Shown in pieces: positions 1 to 13,017 of a stretch of DNA of 64,000 nucleotides. The notes under the pieces are model-generated. The model did no database searches and was not told the DNA's origin. It was given only the letters and a program-made list of their open reading frames with translations. Made by a program: the position numbers and the translations under genes. The stretch's first letter is position 1. Each line of letters starts with the position of its first letter. Origin of the DNA: Eledone cirrhosa (Eukaryota); NCBI GenBank assembly GCA_964016885.1, contig OZ024742.1, positions 250,976,001 to 251,040,000 of the forward strand, read 5' to 3'.

Positions 1-237
1 CTGACCATGCCTTGCTCATACAGGAACTGATCTGGCTTGATTTCTACAGCTGGATGCCCTTCCTAACACCAACCTCATTTACAGTGAGTGCTGGGTGCTT
101 TTTCGTGGCGCCTACACGTCCACTTTACAGTGTGGGCTGGGTGCTTTTTTGCCGTGGTACCTCCACGACCACCTTGCGGTGGGGGGGGGGGGGGGCATAT
201 TGTTTATATGCTTCAGCATGTACCCATGGGAGGTCGG
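1..237 (-). mobile_element. RTE LINE 3' end fragment (subfamily A)
   Basis: Near-identical to 4093-4317 and to the reverse complement of about 52557-52806; its 5' junction is in (TA)n. Confidence 0.85.
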
Positions 238-465
238 ATATATATATATATATATATATATATAATAAATGTTTATATATACATGTACATGCACACACAC
301 ACACGCATACACACACATATATATATATTGAGTTACACACGTTTCACAGAGGATTTGCTCAAGGTAACCCATATGAGTTATAGACCCGACCCCAGTATTG
401 ATCTACTCATCAGACTGGTGATGTGACAAAAAATATATATGTAAACGAAACTTTCTCTTTTTTTT

Positions 466-2830
466 AAGTACCAAAACTGACAGATTTAAAATTACGCCCA
501 ATTGTTGCTGGTCCAGCCACAAGCACACATCTAAGAAACTCATTAGACATCATACTGAAACGCTTATGTAAAAAAGTGCCAAGCTTCATCAGAGATGATA
601 TGGAATTCCCGAACTATATCCCCCAGAAAGTAGAAATTGAAGCTGTTGACTTCTGGATTACATTTCAGATAGATTCCCAAAACTGTTTATTTTGGAAGGA
701 CTTAAATTAGTATTGGAGAACAACCACTTCTTCTTTGATAACGAAACGTATTTACAAATAAAAGGAATGGCCATGGGCACCAAAGTAGCGCCAACATGTG
801 CAACACTCATTATGGGTCACCTAGAGGTAAAATTATATTCAGGAAACATTCAGTCCCGACTTTGCCACTTACATTAATAACAACTGGAAACCTAGACAAG
901 TGCTTCATCTTCTAGAATAGAAGCCAAGAAGACCTGAAAAGATTCCATTCCATCATAAACAGGCTTTACGAAGCAATACAAATGACCATGGAATATAATA
1001 AAAAGGAACTACAATTTCTGGATATCCTTATCATTAAAGAAGGGGAAAATATCAAAACAGACCTATTTTACAAACCAACAGATACACACCAATACTTGAA
1101 TTTCCGATCAGCACACCCCCTCACATACCAAAAGGAACATTCCCTTTAACATGGTAAGACGCATTTGCACCATAGTAACACACGCCATACTACAAGAAAA
1201 GAGATTATATGAACTAAAAAGGTTCCTTAAAAGACAAGAATAACTGGTGAACCTTATCAATACGGCCATCTCCAAAGCCCAGAACATCCCAGTGACAACA
1301 CTGAAAAAAACAAAGCAACAAAATAAAAAGGAAAACACAGTTATCCCTTTTGTCACAACCCAAGGAACTTCAACATTGTGAAAGGCACTAAACAATATCT
1401 CCCGATTCTACAGCAGTCCCCTAAAATAAATGCACTCATAAAAGACACACAAATAATATATAGTAGACGCCAAGCTCACCGAGATCTGACCAGGATGTAG
1501 TCAATCTGATTGGCCGTTCTTCCGTCATTGGATCGCCACATGACGAGGTGACACCGAGGATGTTGGAACCGGGTGTTGGTGATGATAAGACGATTGACAT
1601 CCACGAAGGACACGAGCCATTCACCATTGACACAGTGTACGCCTAGGGCGAAGCATCCTAGAATATGCCGTGTTGTAGCATCAGCCGGCCCCGTCCGCGC
1701 ATTCCAGTCCCCAGCGACAATGAGAACATCACTGAAGAGGACGCCATCCATGGTTGTTTGGAGATCGGTATAGAACTGCGTCTTGTCCGCATTGAGTGTG
1801 GGAGCATAGGTGGAAATTACGCTGACGTTGGAGATTTGACCCCTCAATCGAACCAGCACGAGTTGGTGTGAGATCGGCTGTCACGCCAGCAGAGCCGCTT
1901 GTGCGTCGGGGCTAGGCGCTACAGCGACCCTGTGAAGGCCACTGTTGTCAGTCACGCCACTATGGTACAAGTGGTAGGAGATATCCTCGCCAGGAACTTT
2001 GATCGGAAGATGACCAACATCGGGAAGTCGAACTTCTGAAAGCAAGCAACACTAATGCAGTACCTGTGCAGAGCCTTCATTGTAAGTGCCTGGACACCGT
2101 CGACACGAAGTGTTCGGACGTTCCAGCACGTTGGCGGGCAGCTGAAAACCTGGGCAACGACGATCAAGGAGGACCTCTCCGAACTCTTAGATCCGCAGGT
2201 GGTCGGACTGTGCCAATGGAACCGTGACTGGCTCGCTATCTCCAGTGATCTAGCCCGGGACCGTCGTGTGTGGGCTGCCATGGTTCGGGATGCCGTCAGG
2301 ACAAGGGAAGAAGCCGGCTCAACCTGTCCAGGGTGAATGTCGACACAAGTAAGTACAAGTAGTAAAACGCCAAGCACCCAACCTAAAAAACTGCTTACCA
2401 AGGCAAAATTTACGTCTGACAATGAAACAATGCAAGTTAAGGAATGTGGGCTCCCTCAATGTGACACTTGTGAATACATTGAAGAGGGTGGGCAAATCTC
2501 CTTTAAAAACAACCAGATTTTCAAAGTTAATGCAAACATGAATTGCAAAACAAAAAACTTAATTTTTTTGTGCAACCTGCCTACAATGTAAAGAATACTA
2601 TATTGGTGAAACTGGAACGGGTCTACATGACAGAGTTTGTGTACATAAACAACAAATTAGAGACCCCTCTGTCAGAAACACCACATGCAGTGAACACTTC
2701 ACATCATGCAAAAGGGAAAATTCACAATCTTCCCTTTCTTTAAGATATGGTCGAACAACGAACATTTCCGGAAATATAAAGAAGAATTCTTCATTAGAAA
2801 GTACAAACTGTTACTGAACACAAAAAATGA
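466..2830 (+). pseudogene. Penelope-like element (Penelope/Poseidon type): degraded RT plus C-terminal GIY-YIG, interrupted at 1476-2359
   Basis: Motifs LRPIVAGP, YLQIKGMAMGTKVAPT, FLDILI..TDLFYKPTDTHQYL and SRRQA/PNLKKLLTKAKF; CxxxxCxxC linker; EYYIGETG; multiple frameshifts and stops. Confidence 0.9.
1476..2359. mobile_element. GC-rich RTE (SR2-like) insertion with 5' inversion: APE on minus (1476-2128), ORF end and tail on plus (2132-2359)
   Basis: Minus strand reads CWNVRTL..YAPT..GDWNARTG..NQIDYILV. Plus strand reads GGQLKTW..WNRDW..RDRRVW..*, then a CAAGT/AAGTA tail. Imperfect TSD tagtagacgccaagc (1461-1475) / tagtaaaacgccaagc (2360-2375). Confidence 0.85.
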
Positions 2831-4002
2831 TATTCCATCTTCCAATAACGGGATTCTCTCTATTTTTTAAAAATCACATATTGAAAAAAGAAAAATATCC
2901 AAATAGAAGTGGATGACACCGACACTTTCAAACATTCGATCGTTGAACAGAAGAATGACCCTCGGAGGTACACTACTATTTCACTACCCCCCCCCCCCCC
3001 CCCACCAGTGTATATGTGAACTTAAATACTTAAATAGATATGTATACATATGTATGTACATGTGTGTGTGTATGTATGTCTGTAGGTTTACAGATATGTG
3101 TATGCATGTGTATGTATGTATGCATGTATGTGTCTATGTATATATATATATATATATATATAGGAAAATGTTTAACCCCGACGGAAGAGTTCAAGCCGTT
3201 TCGACAGCTATTTCTGGACTAAATTAGAATTTTTAGCGTGGTAATAAATAGGCTATATATATATGTGGATATGTGTATGTATATATGTATGTATATATAT
3301 AAATGTATGTGTATATATGTATGCATATATAAATATATATGTGTGAGTGCATGTGCATGAGTAAATATATGGGTATGTATGAACTAGAATATGTATATGG
3401 GCTGTATGTATGTTTATATGCAATGAAGTAAATATGTGAGCTATCATGATCCCCCCACCTTCCATCCCAAATCAATATCAACAACATACATTTCTATCAA
3501 CAAATATTCCAAAACTAACCTTATTTTTCTCTTTGCTGCCATCCCCTTCTTATCAAAAGAGAAGTATCTTACACCTCATTAAACCCCTACCCCCCATCCC
3601 AGACACACACCTAAATTTATCTTTAATATTGAACATTTTTGAATTTTTTCTTTATAAATTTAAGATAGTTGATTCAGCTATAATAAAAGAATTTGAAAAG
3701 CATCTGGCCATTATATCTTATTCACTAAATGTCATCTATTGAAATGGAACCAACAGGAGGGTACTTTCACAAGCCCTTTCTAAAACACTCCTTAAACACC
3801 CTGACACCTCCCAACTCCACTCTCAATCAATGATCTTGCTTTTACCATTCACTATTTCCTTTTTAAAAATCTCCCCACTGAAGTTAACAAAGAACTTACT
3901 AGATTTACAAAACTAAATTGTAAAATTATAATATTATAAAACTAAATTGTTTAGTCATTCTTAAGCGAAGTCATTCTTTTCCTTTTTTCAAATATATATA
4001 TA

Positions 4003-4972
4003 TCATCATCATCATCATCACCGTTTTACGTCCGTTCTTCCACGCTAGCATGGGTTAGACGGGTTGTCCTGTTGTGGGCAGTGTCTGGTCGGCTGACCAT
4101 GCCTTGCTCATACAGGAACTGATCTGGCTTGATTTCTACAGCTGGATGCCCTTCCTAACACCAACCTCATTTACAGTGAGTGCTGGGTGCTTTTTCGTGG
4201 CGCCTACACGTCCACTTTACAGTGTGGGCTGGGTGCTTTTTTGCCGTGGCACCTCCACGACCACCTTGCGGGGGCATATTGTTTATATGCTTCAGCATGT
4301 ACCCATGGGAGGTCGGGTACCCTGTATTACTGCGTGACGCCAGAAGTCACGGTCGTGTGTCATTGACTTTGAGAGGTGTAGTTGGGTAAGGTCGGCTTTT
4401 ATCACCTCATCCCAAGTCATCTTGGGTCTCCCCACTCCGCGGTTTCCATCAACTTCTAGTGCTCTGCACCTTTTTATGCAGCTGTCATCCTTCATACGCA
4501 TCACATGTCCATACCAGCGTAACCGCCTCTCCTGCACGCAGCATTTGATTCCTCTTATGCTCAGTCTCTCTCTCAATTCCTTTATGCTTTGTCGTTCACG
4601 TATATTACTGTTACACATCCATCGGAGCATGCAGGCTTCGTTTCTCTCTAATCTACGTAAGTCTTCCACCTTCAGCGCCCAGGTCTCACTACCATGCAAC
4701 ATCGCTGTTCGGATACACGCATCATACAGTCTGCCTTTCATTCTGAGGGAGAAGCCTTTTGCAGCTAGCAGTGGTAGTAGTTCCCTAAACTTCTTCCATC
4801 CCGTTCTTACCCTAGTTATTGTACTTTCTGAGCACCCACCTCCGTTGCTAATTCGGTCACCTAGGTAGCAGAAGCTGTCTACTGTTTCTACAGGGCCCTC
4901 CCAGAGATTGGTGGTACTTGTTTCTTGTGGCTGTTTGCTTGCTGTTTCAGCACAGCTGCTGCATGTGAATCC
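4003..4972 (-). mobile_element. 5'-truncated RTE LINE (subfamily A), ORF2 C-terminus plus 3'UTR and (TGA)n tail
   Basis: ORF 4292-5047 contains [41 protein letters not shown]; (ATC)n at 4003-4021; (TA)n on both sides. Confidence 0.92.
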
Positions 4973-4984
4973 TATATATATATG

Positions 4985-5205
4985 TATATATAATTTATAC
5001 ATGTTCATACACGGAACAAAGGTGCTAACCAAGGTTTCAAGGCCCAAATTTGACCATATCTCCAGAATACAAGAGGCATGAAATTAGTGACCTTTCTTCA
5101 GGTGCTTAAACTTATATAACTGCCTGGAGAAAGATCACTAATTGCCTCTTGTATTCTTGGGCCTTGAAACCTTTTGTTCCATGTATGAACATACATGAAT
5201 TATAT
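4985..5205. repeat. Imperfect fold-back element with hammerhead-like core on minus strand
   Basis: Arms are reverse complements. Minus strand 5105-5021 reads CTGAAGA-AAGGTC..GGCCTT-GAAACCTTGGTT; stem I is not recognisable. Confidence 0.6.
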
Positions 5206-5293
5206 ATATTTTTCTGCTCTCTTCCCATTTGAGCACTGTTTTCTCTCTTTCTATTCACACCTACAAATATTGCTACATATATATATAATCCAC

Positions 5294-5402
5294 AGGGAGA
5301 TGACTGGAGACAGAATTCTTGTACAAGCTAAAAAGAAGCACAGATATATACATATATGTTGCTTTCAGCTTGTACAAGAACTCTGTCTCCAGTCATTTCC
5401 TT
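5294..5402. repeat. Fold-back inverted repeat
   Basis: tgactggagacagaattcttgtacaagct / agcttgtacaagaactctgtctccagtca. Confidence 0.8.
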
Positions 5403-5524
5403 GTGGATTTTGACTGTAGAACTGACCACTACCCTCATCACCAGCAGTATACTGATGTTATGTATATATGTATATACATGTATAGGCTGAAACCATTTGG
5501 CATGTTATGTATAAATACATAAAT

Positions 5525-6433
5525 CCTGATCATAATCGCTTTTACATCCATTTTTCCACGCTTGCATGGGTTGGATGGGTCATTTTGCCCATGTTGGATG
5601 GGTCATTTTGCCCATGTTTCACTACAATGCAGCATTGTATTTCACACACAGTCATCCTTTTGTACATAGGGAGAAACCTTTTGTTGTAAACACTGGTAGT
5701 AGCTCTCAAAACTTTTTCCATCCAATCCTTATTGTAGCTATTATGCTCTCAGAGTAACCTACTCCACTGCTAATTAAGTAACATAGATAGCAGAAGCTAT
5801 CAACCACTTCTTTGAACATTTTCTGTGACTTGAAGAGTTTTATATCACTGTTGCTCTTCCCCTCAATTACTCTTGTGCATCTACATACCAAGTCTTCCGT
5901 TCCTGGTAGTCTACCCATTATCTCACTACATCTCTTGTGTACCCAAGATTTACACTGTGTACACTGTATGGAGTATATGCCTACGTCTTTTCTACAAATG
6001 GAGCATGGGCAATTCTCTGAAGCGATCAGAGTTTTATCTTCTTTCCTACTGACTAGAACTTTAGTTTTGGCTAAGTTTACTCTCAGATCTTTTGATTCCA
6101 AATACCGTTTCCATTGGAACTTATTTTCTAGTTCTTTTATGGATTTGGTTATAAGGACCAAATCATCTGCATAGAGAAGTTCCCAAGGACAGCCAGTTTT
6201 AAACTCCTCTGGAGAACTATGATGAACAGCAGTGGATTAAGAACCGAAACTTGATGGACTCCTACCTCTAACTTGGATTCCTCACTAAACTCACTTCCTA
6301 CTCTCACTTTACTGACAGCTCCTCTGTATATGGCTTGCAATACTCTCACCAACCATTCTTCTACACCTAATCTCCTTAAGGAGCACCAGATAATAGATTG
6401 AGATGATCTATCAAAGGCCTTTTCTAGATCATC
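5525..6433 (-). pseudogene. Degraded RTE RT/PHD region
   Basis: [56 protein letters not shown]. Confidence 0.85.
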
Positions 6434-6696
6434 AAAAGCCTCCCTCATTCTCCCACTCTCTCTGTCTCACTCGCTTTAGATATATAAACGGTGATGATGA
6501 TGATGATGATGATATGTTCAAGCATGTTTTGCAGTGTGAGTAGAAAAAAAAGAAGGTGCTCAGGATTGCGAGGCAATGCATTAGAGAAAATTGTGATGTC
6601 ATTGGTGAGAAGTGTGTCCGGAATGATAAAGGTACACTTGCACTCTCAGGCACCGAAAAGAAAGCCGCATGGAAGAGCCATTATTACATGCCAGTA

Positions 6697-6865
6697 GAGG
6701 GTCGGACGCCATGCTTTGACGTATAGAGATACGGCCCTTGCCATTCTGAGTTCAAATCCCGCTGAGGTTAACTTTGCCTTTCATCCTTACGGGGTCGATA
6801 AAATAAAGTACCAGTAATACACTGCGTAATTGCTGGCCTTGTGCCAAAAGTAGAAACAATTATTA
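6697..6865 (+). mobile_element. tRNA-derived SINE, family S1 (Meta-like core)
   Basis: B box gagttcaaatccc; core gcctttcatccttacggggtcgataaaataaagtaccag; other copies at 17097-17270(+), 13434-13560(-), 41950-42065(-) and 8757-8860(-). Confidence 0.8.
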
Positions 6866-7028
6866 CATGCCAACACAAGAGCAAGAATGAGGGGCTCATT
6901 CTACTGACATGGCTTTAAAAATGAGGCTTGTTTGCATAATTGCAAATGAATCAAATGTTATTATTAATATTTGAAAAACTCAGATTACATTTATTGTATT
7001 CAGCCATGTAGAGCGAACATTTTTTTTT

Positions 7029-7083
<55 letters not shown>

Positions 7084-9042
7084 AATAAGAGATATATATA
7101 TATAAATACATAAAACCAATGCTTTTATTAGAATAATTAGATGGCATACATACCACTTCGATAAAAACACAGACAAACAAAACCAGAATAAGTACTAGAA
7201 TTTCAGAACATATAACAACCCACCGCATAACTGATGACTGGATAACTTAGAAAGGTAGGTCCCTTCACTTCTACGACAATCAATTTTGGCAGCATTTTCA
7301 CCAATGGAGGCAGTGGGCTAGTACAACATTTGATTCAAGTGGGACAGGCCAAGGAGTCAGTGCCACACAGGGCAATAAATAGATATGAATCGTAACATCC
7401 TCACACGTTAAAACAATGACCTGTGGAAGTGACAGAGAATGCATTTGTACAAGTGAGCGAGGAACTCTGGGTCAAGCCCCCAAATGTGCAATGCACATCT
7501 CAATGGGGAAAGGGGACAGTAACAACTGTAAATTCCCGAAACAATGTGTCTGTGGACTGAATTCCACATTGCATCTTGGATGTCTGCAGAATCATTGATT
7601 TGAGGGACTTCAGAGAAGAGAAGAATGAAAGTGCCACCCCAACTTTATGGAGATGGAGATGGATTCTTGAGATCAGGAGGGCATGTGGGACTAGGGTCCT
7701 GGAAGTGTAGAGGGGGTCTTGCCAGAAGCAAGGGGCCAGTAATGTCACATCGGAAGTGTGGGCTGTCTCTCTCTCTTGGTCTGTAGGTAACCTTGAGTGT
7801 GGACACCCTTTTAATGACTAGTGTTAATGACTGTGTGAGATTTGCTATGTTCTCTGGACAGACACAAAACAGATGAACATCACACAGGGAGATTCCATCT
7901 GGACATGCATGGAAATACAAAGGTAGGTCCCTTCACTAAATTAGATGGTAAATTAGATGGATGTTTCTAGTGTCAATGTAGGATTTCCATTGATACAAAA
8001 TTATAGATGTACAGAACATGTATATTGTCTTCATTGTTGTATGCAAGAATCTCACAAACCCACAGTCAACTTGATCACCACAGGTCAGTGCCCTCTTCTG
8101 ATTTTCCTTCGCTGATCTACAGGCTCATGTTGAGAGTAGAATCATTCACTCTTACCATTTTCACCACAAGTCACCCATCTTTTATAAGATTCACTGAAGA
8201 AAAGCACTTTCCCCCTCCACTGTCACCTTTCTTTGAAAATGGAACTTGAAAGAGGTGAAAGAGCTGCACCAAAGAGGAAAATGTTAGTCCTCTATTATTT
8301 CAATCTTATCCACCATCATACTATCTCATTTTCTATAGCCACTAGATAGAGAAACACTTCTTGTTCTTCCTTGCTAAAGGAGTGTGATGGAGCAATCTTT
8401 ACAACTGGATTCATCTTGCACATAACAGCAACTGTTTGACCTAACACTATGGATCAGTGTTGCCTGGATAGAGTGCATGCAAAATGGTTTCATCATCCTG
8501 CAAGAAGCAGAAGGATAGATGCTCCAGTCTAGTCAGACAAGAACTAGGGCAGAGTATCACAGACAGGTGATAGAGGCAATGTAAGCATTTGCACTTCTGT
8601 CTGGCTTCTCAGGGACAGCTTCCTCAGACCATTTCTGGGTGAAACTGGTCACCTCACTCATAACATGATCCTTATTCCTGTCCACCTAGGGATCCAGATT
8701 GAACTTGTCTGTCAATCCAATTGTCGAGTCACAAGCCAACTGACTTGTCTGGGAATAATAATTGTTTCTACTTTTGGCACACAAGGTCAGCAATTTGAAG
8801 GGAAAGTGGAAAGTCAATTAAATCAAATTCAGCACATTACTGGTACTTTATTTTATCAATCACCTGTTGTTCATGAATGACCTTGAACTTTTTGCCAAGT
8901 ATTTTGATCAGCTCAATAGTCTGATGCAAATTGTAAGACATGAATGCATGATCGAATACCTAGCTATCTTAGAAACAGTTGGAATAAAACATGATAAAAT
9001 GGAAGATAACATTAGTACAGAATACACCAGATGAGTTCATAA

Positions 9043-9119
9043 AATCTTGAGGTCTAAGTTGTATAATTATACAACTTAGACCTCAAGATTCATTGACACT
9101 GATTATAATCAGTGTCAAT
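9043..9119. repeat. Two adjacent perfect palindromes (48 bp and 28 bp)
   Basis: aatcttgaggtctaagttgtataattatacaacttagacctcaagatt and attgacactgattataatcagtgtcaat. Confidence 0.9.
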
Positions 9120-9499
9120 AAAACAATATGGAGCAGAAAATTTAGATTTGACCAAAGCAGAATCGAAAAAAGTAAATAGGAAAATCAAGAACCTACCATC
9201 TGCAAACAGTGGTATAGTCGGTATAGAAGATGGCGTGTGAATAGAAAAATTAGCCTCTTAAGATGAAGATAGTAAAGTAAGAAGAGGTTTTAAAAAGGAG
9301 AAAAGGAGAGATGGATTCAAAAGTGTTTCAAGAATAACACAGATTGGTGAAAAGAACCTAGTTCCAACATATTCAGTTTGGTAATGCAACAGAAGAAAGT
9401 AGAGTTAACAAAATATGGAGTTGATTTATAAAAGGCAACTTAAAGAAAGAAACAAAAAGTACAGTTATTGTAGCTTATGATCTGGCCATTAATATAAAC

Positions 9500-10719
9500 T
9501 AACGTTAAGTAGAACTAGTCTCTGATTGAGTTCTGACAAGATATATATAGAATCATTAGAACATCTGACTGATAAAATGACAAGTCAGTCAATCATATTG
9601 GTGGCCTCCCCACAGCCCCGGTGGACAGAATGGAGAAGGCGTTTCCCCGGAGAGGACGGCAAGGGAGACACACTGGAAAAGCCATTCCAGCTTGCGAGGC
9701 TCACACCTGCAGCTGACCAGCTCAGCGCTTATGGTGGTGAGAAGGAAGGTAGCTCTAGGGCCGAGGACACCAGAAGTCTCCACTGCCAAGGGTACAACCG
9801 CAAACCTGTCGGAGAGCGACCGGTATTTGAAGAGTTTGGTCTCCTCAGCCCGACGTGCAGAACCTGGGTTAGTTGCAGACTGCACCAGGTTGCAGCTGGA
9901 GAAAGTGTCGGTGCAAGTAGCATCCCAGACGAGGGGTTTGCCACTGCGGGATGGGAAGATGGGCATGCCATCTGGCTTTTTGCCGTCCCCTTGGTCCAGC
10001 CCCACCAGCTGAAGCTGGGAAGGGAAGCCTGCAGCGTCCAAGCCATGCCGTATGACCTCGTTGGGGGCAGCATGGCGTGGAAGGCAGCTGGCACTGTGGT
10101 GACAGGAAAGCGGGTGGAGGCCAAAAGAGTCCCCGGTGGATCCACAGCGACATTGGCGTGGCTCGCAGATCCGGAGGGCAAGCCTCAAGGAAACGCCGAT
10201 GCACAGGCTATTGTTATCCAGCTGCGTGCCAGTGGAGAAGGAGAGCAAGGCATGGAGCCAGGCACCACTGTGGGGTTTGGAGGCCGCACGGAAACAGGCA
10301 AGGCGGTGCTGGTCGAGCTGGCACGTGAACCTGTCTGAAGCCAGGCTACCCTGGATGGCATCCCAAATGCTTTGGGGGGGACTTGACGTCAGCAAGGGGA
10401 GAAGGAGGAGGGACGTCTACTGGGCTAAGTCCCAGCCGGTCCCACGTCTCACAGGCGGCCTCACGTTCCTTGATCACAGAGGGTTCCATTGTGTTTTGGA
10501 GAACCCTGCTGACGGCAAAGCCAGTGAGATTGGGGACCGGAGGCCAAGGCTGCCATACCTGACAGGTAATGTGTCCAGTTGCCATCCAATGTCATCAAAC
10601 CTGACGTTGCATATCTCCTCGGCTGCTGCTCAGATACAAGTATCGAGGTCAGCGAGGAGAGATGTGCGGGTGTAGCATGGAGCGCTGTGAAGGGTATAGA
10701 GGAGCTTCGGCATGGCAAA
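9500..10719 (-). mobile_element. 5'-truncated CRE-clade non-LTR retrotransposon with restriction-like endonuclease and 14-bp TSD
   Basis: SGAWL..CRCG..GLHPLSC..RH..KPDG..LVWDATC.DT..K..KY..VPLAVETSG; TSD ccattaatataaac at 9486-9499 and 10720-10733. Confidence 0.9.
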
Positions 10720-11849
10720 CCATTAATATAAACAATATCAGGAATTGCATTCACAAAGAAAATGCCTTGCCACTCTATAGAATCTGTGAGCAAGGTGATG
10801 AAACCATTACTCTTATAATGAATTTATCACAAAATGAGTTCCAAAAGCGATAATAGGATCAGGTGATTAAGATAATTCATTGGAAGTTCTGTGAGAAATT
10901 GGGGTTTTGAGCAAGGGAATGAATGGTGCAGCCATAAACCCAAGAAAGTGCTAAAATCTGCATAGTGAATGTTTTTGTGGGACTTTTCAATACACACTGA
11001 TAAAAACTAGAATACAAGCGAGATATCTAGCTGAGGATAAGATGAAGACAGAAGTTCTGATTATAGACCTATCATGTTTGTTTGACACCAGAATAAAGCA
11101 AAAGGAACAGAAGTTGACCAACTACAACCCATTGAAGAACAAAATATCTTCACTGTGGAAGCTTAAGAAAGTCAATTTATACCAATTATTATTAGTTCAC
11201 TTGATACAATGGGACAGAAGAGATCTGGGTGAAGAAAATTAGGATAGACTGTTCAATAGAGCTATTGCAGAAAATATTCCTGGAAATAGCAAGAATCATT
11301 CAGATGATGAATTTGAAGAGAAAAAATAGCACATAATACCTAAAACTACTGGTTACTGTCTACTATCAATGCATTTGACAATATTCTATAATCATATTTG
11401 AGATGAAGGGAAAAATAATATCTTTTATTTGGCACAATTGTGATGAATGAAAGGACAGATTACAAACCTAAGTTTTGATGCTTGTTGCTCTGACCTCACA
11501 AAGAAAATTATTAAGCCTGCGTTTTTCACTACACAATCCACACTCACCCATGCCAAATCCTGTGATAGGTCATAACACCATAGGACTGACCATCTCTATT
11601 GCTTTGAGTATTGCCACAACACTGCTTGCTAGGCAGCAAAGTAATTTTATTTTTTTGATTAGTATGAAACTGTGAGCCTTCAAGTTCAGTAACACACCTC
11701 AGTGAGATCTATGTCATAGGTGAGGTGGATGCCTAGCTGTCCTTAATGATAGCACTGACATTGAGCTGACATTGACCTATGGCTAAACAACAACTGTTGT
11801 TCACTAAACTGCAGATAGCTATTGAAAGGTGTCAGTACTGATAATAGGT

Positions 11850-12590
11850 CTGTGGATCAGGACCTGTGCTGACCTGGGGTTAAGCAATAACTATCATATA
11901 CAAATAACTGGTCTGTTTGATCCGGACCTGGTCTGACCTGGGGTTAAACAATATCTATCACATACTGATAACAGATGTCTTTGATCAGGACCTGGACTGG
12001 CCCGGGGTTAAACAATATCTATCACATACTGGTAACAGGTGTGTTTGATCCGGACCTGGGCTGACCTGGGGTTAAACAATAACTATCACATACTGATAAC
12101 AGGTGTCTTTGATCAGGACCTGGACTGGCCTGGGGTTAAACAATATCTATCACATACTGATAACAGGTGTCTTTGATCAGGACCTGAACTGGCCTGGGGT
12201 TAAACAATATCTATCACATACTGGTAACAGGTGTCTTTGATCAGGACCTGGACTGGCCTGGGGTTAAACAATATCTATCACATACTGGTAACAGGTGTCT
12301 TTGATCAGGACCTGGACTGGCCTGGGGTTAAACAATATCTATCACATACTGATAACAGGTGTCTTTGATCAGGACCTGGACTGGCCTGGGGTTAAACAAT
12401 ATCTATCACATACTGGTAACAGGTGTCTTTGATCAGGACCTGGACTGGCCTGGGGTTAAACAATATCTATCACATACTGGTAACAGGTGTCTTTGATCAG
12501 GACCTGGACTGGCCTGGGGTTAAACAATATCTATCACATCCTGGTAACAGGTATGTTTGATGGAGATCTGGCTTGGGGTTAAACAATAAC
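11850..12590. repeat. 64-bp tandem minisatellite, about 11 units
   Basis: Unit ggggttaaacaatatctatcacatactggtaacaggtgtctttgatcaggacctggactggcct; period 64 (11940, 12004, 12068...). Confidence 0.95.
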
Positions 12591-12809
12591 TTTTGTTCAA
12601 ACTGCAGATAGCTATTGAATGGTGTCACATAAAAATGCATAGAATCAGGACTATTAATAGAATAGATTGAATTGTGACAGTTGTTAAGTACAACTGTAGC
12701 TAGGTGACAATGGAAATATTTATAACATTCAAGTAAATAAACTTGTCAAGCATTAATCCTTTTGATCCCAACCTGATCTGGCTGTATGAAGCTCAGCTCC
12801 CCATTTTAA

Positions 12810-13017
12810 CCCTTATCATTCACATTATTCTATATATACTATTGTATTTTCATGGTAAAGGCTTTACCTCACATAATATCTCACATAATATTGAATCTAT
12901 GAGATTTTGAAAGTATTTATTTTGAGATCAATACCTTAACATCAGTTTGAGCGACCAGTTACAGCCAGTTTCAACAGAAAGAGGTAGAGAATTCTGGCTG
13001 GTTTGAACATTAAAGGG
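12810..13017. mobile_element. piggyBac-type MITE
   Basis: TTAA|CCCTT..AAGGG|TTAA; second copy at 14260-14476. Confidence 0.8.

Larger units (their letters stand above)
8930..11330 (+). pseudogene. Degraded R4/Dong-clade non-LTR element (RT C-terminus, CCHC region, RLE), split by a CRE insertion
   Basis: KGNLKKETKSTVIVA.DLAININ continues after the insertion as INNIRN..RICEQGDETI..IIHWKFC..LWDFSIHTD..IIDLSCLFDTRIKQKEQK..LWKLKKV. Confidence 0.7.

Noticed and set aside
331-415. Hammerhead on the minus strand upstream of the Penelope RT
   Set aside because: CTGATGA and GAAACGTGT are present, but the cleavage site is G and stem I does not pair; at best a decayed relic.
3446-3990. AT-rich ORF-like segment, possibly a PLE fragment
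   Set aside because: No diagnostic motif could be identified.
11850-12590. CRISPR-like regular repeats
   Set aside because: There are no unique spacers; it is a pure tandem repeat in eukaryotic DNA.
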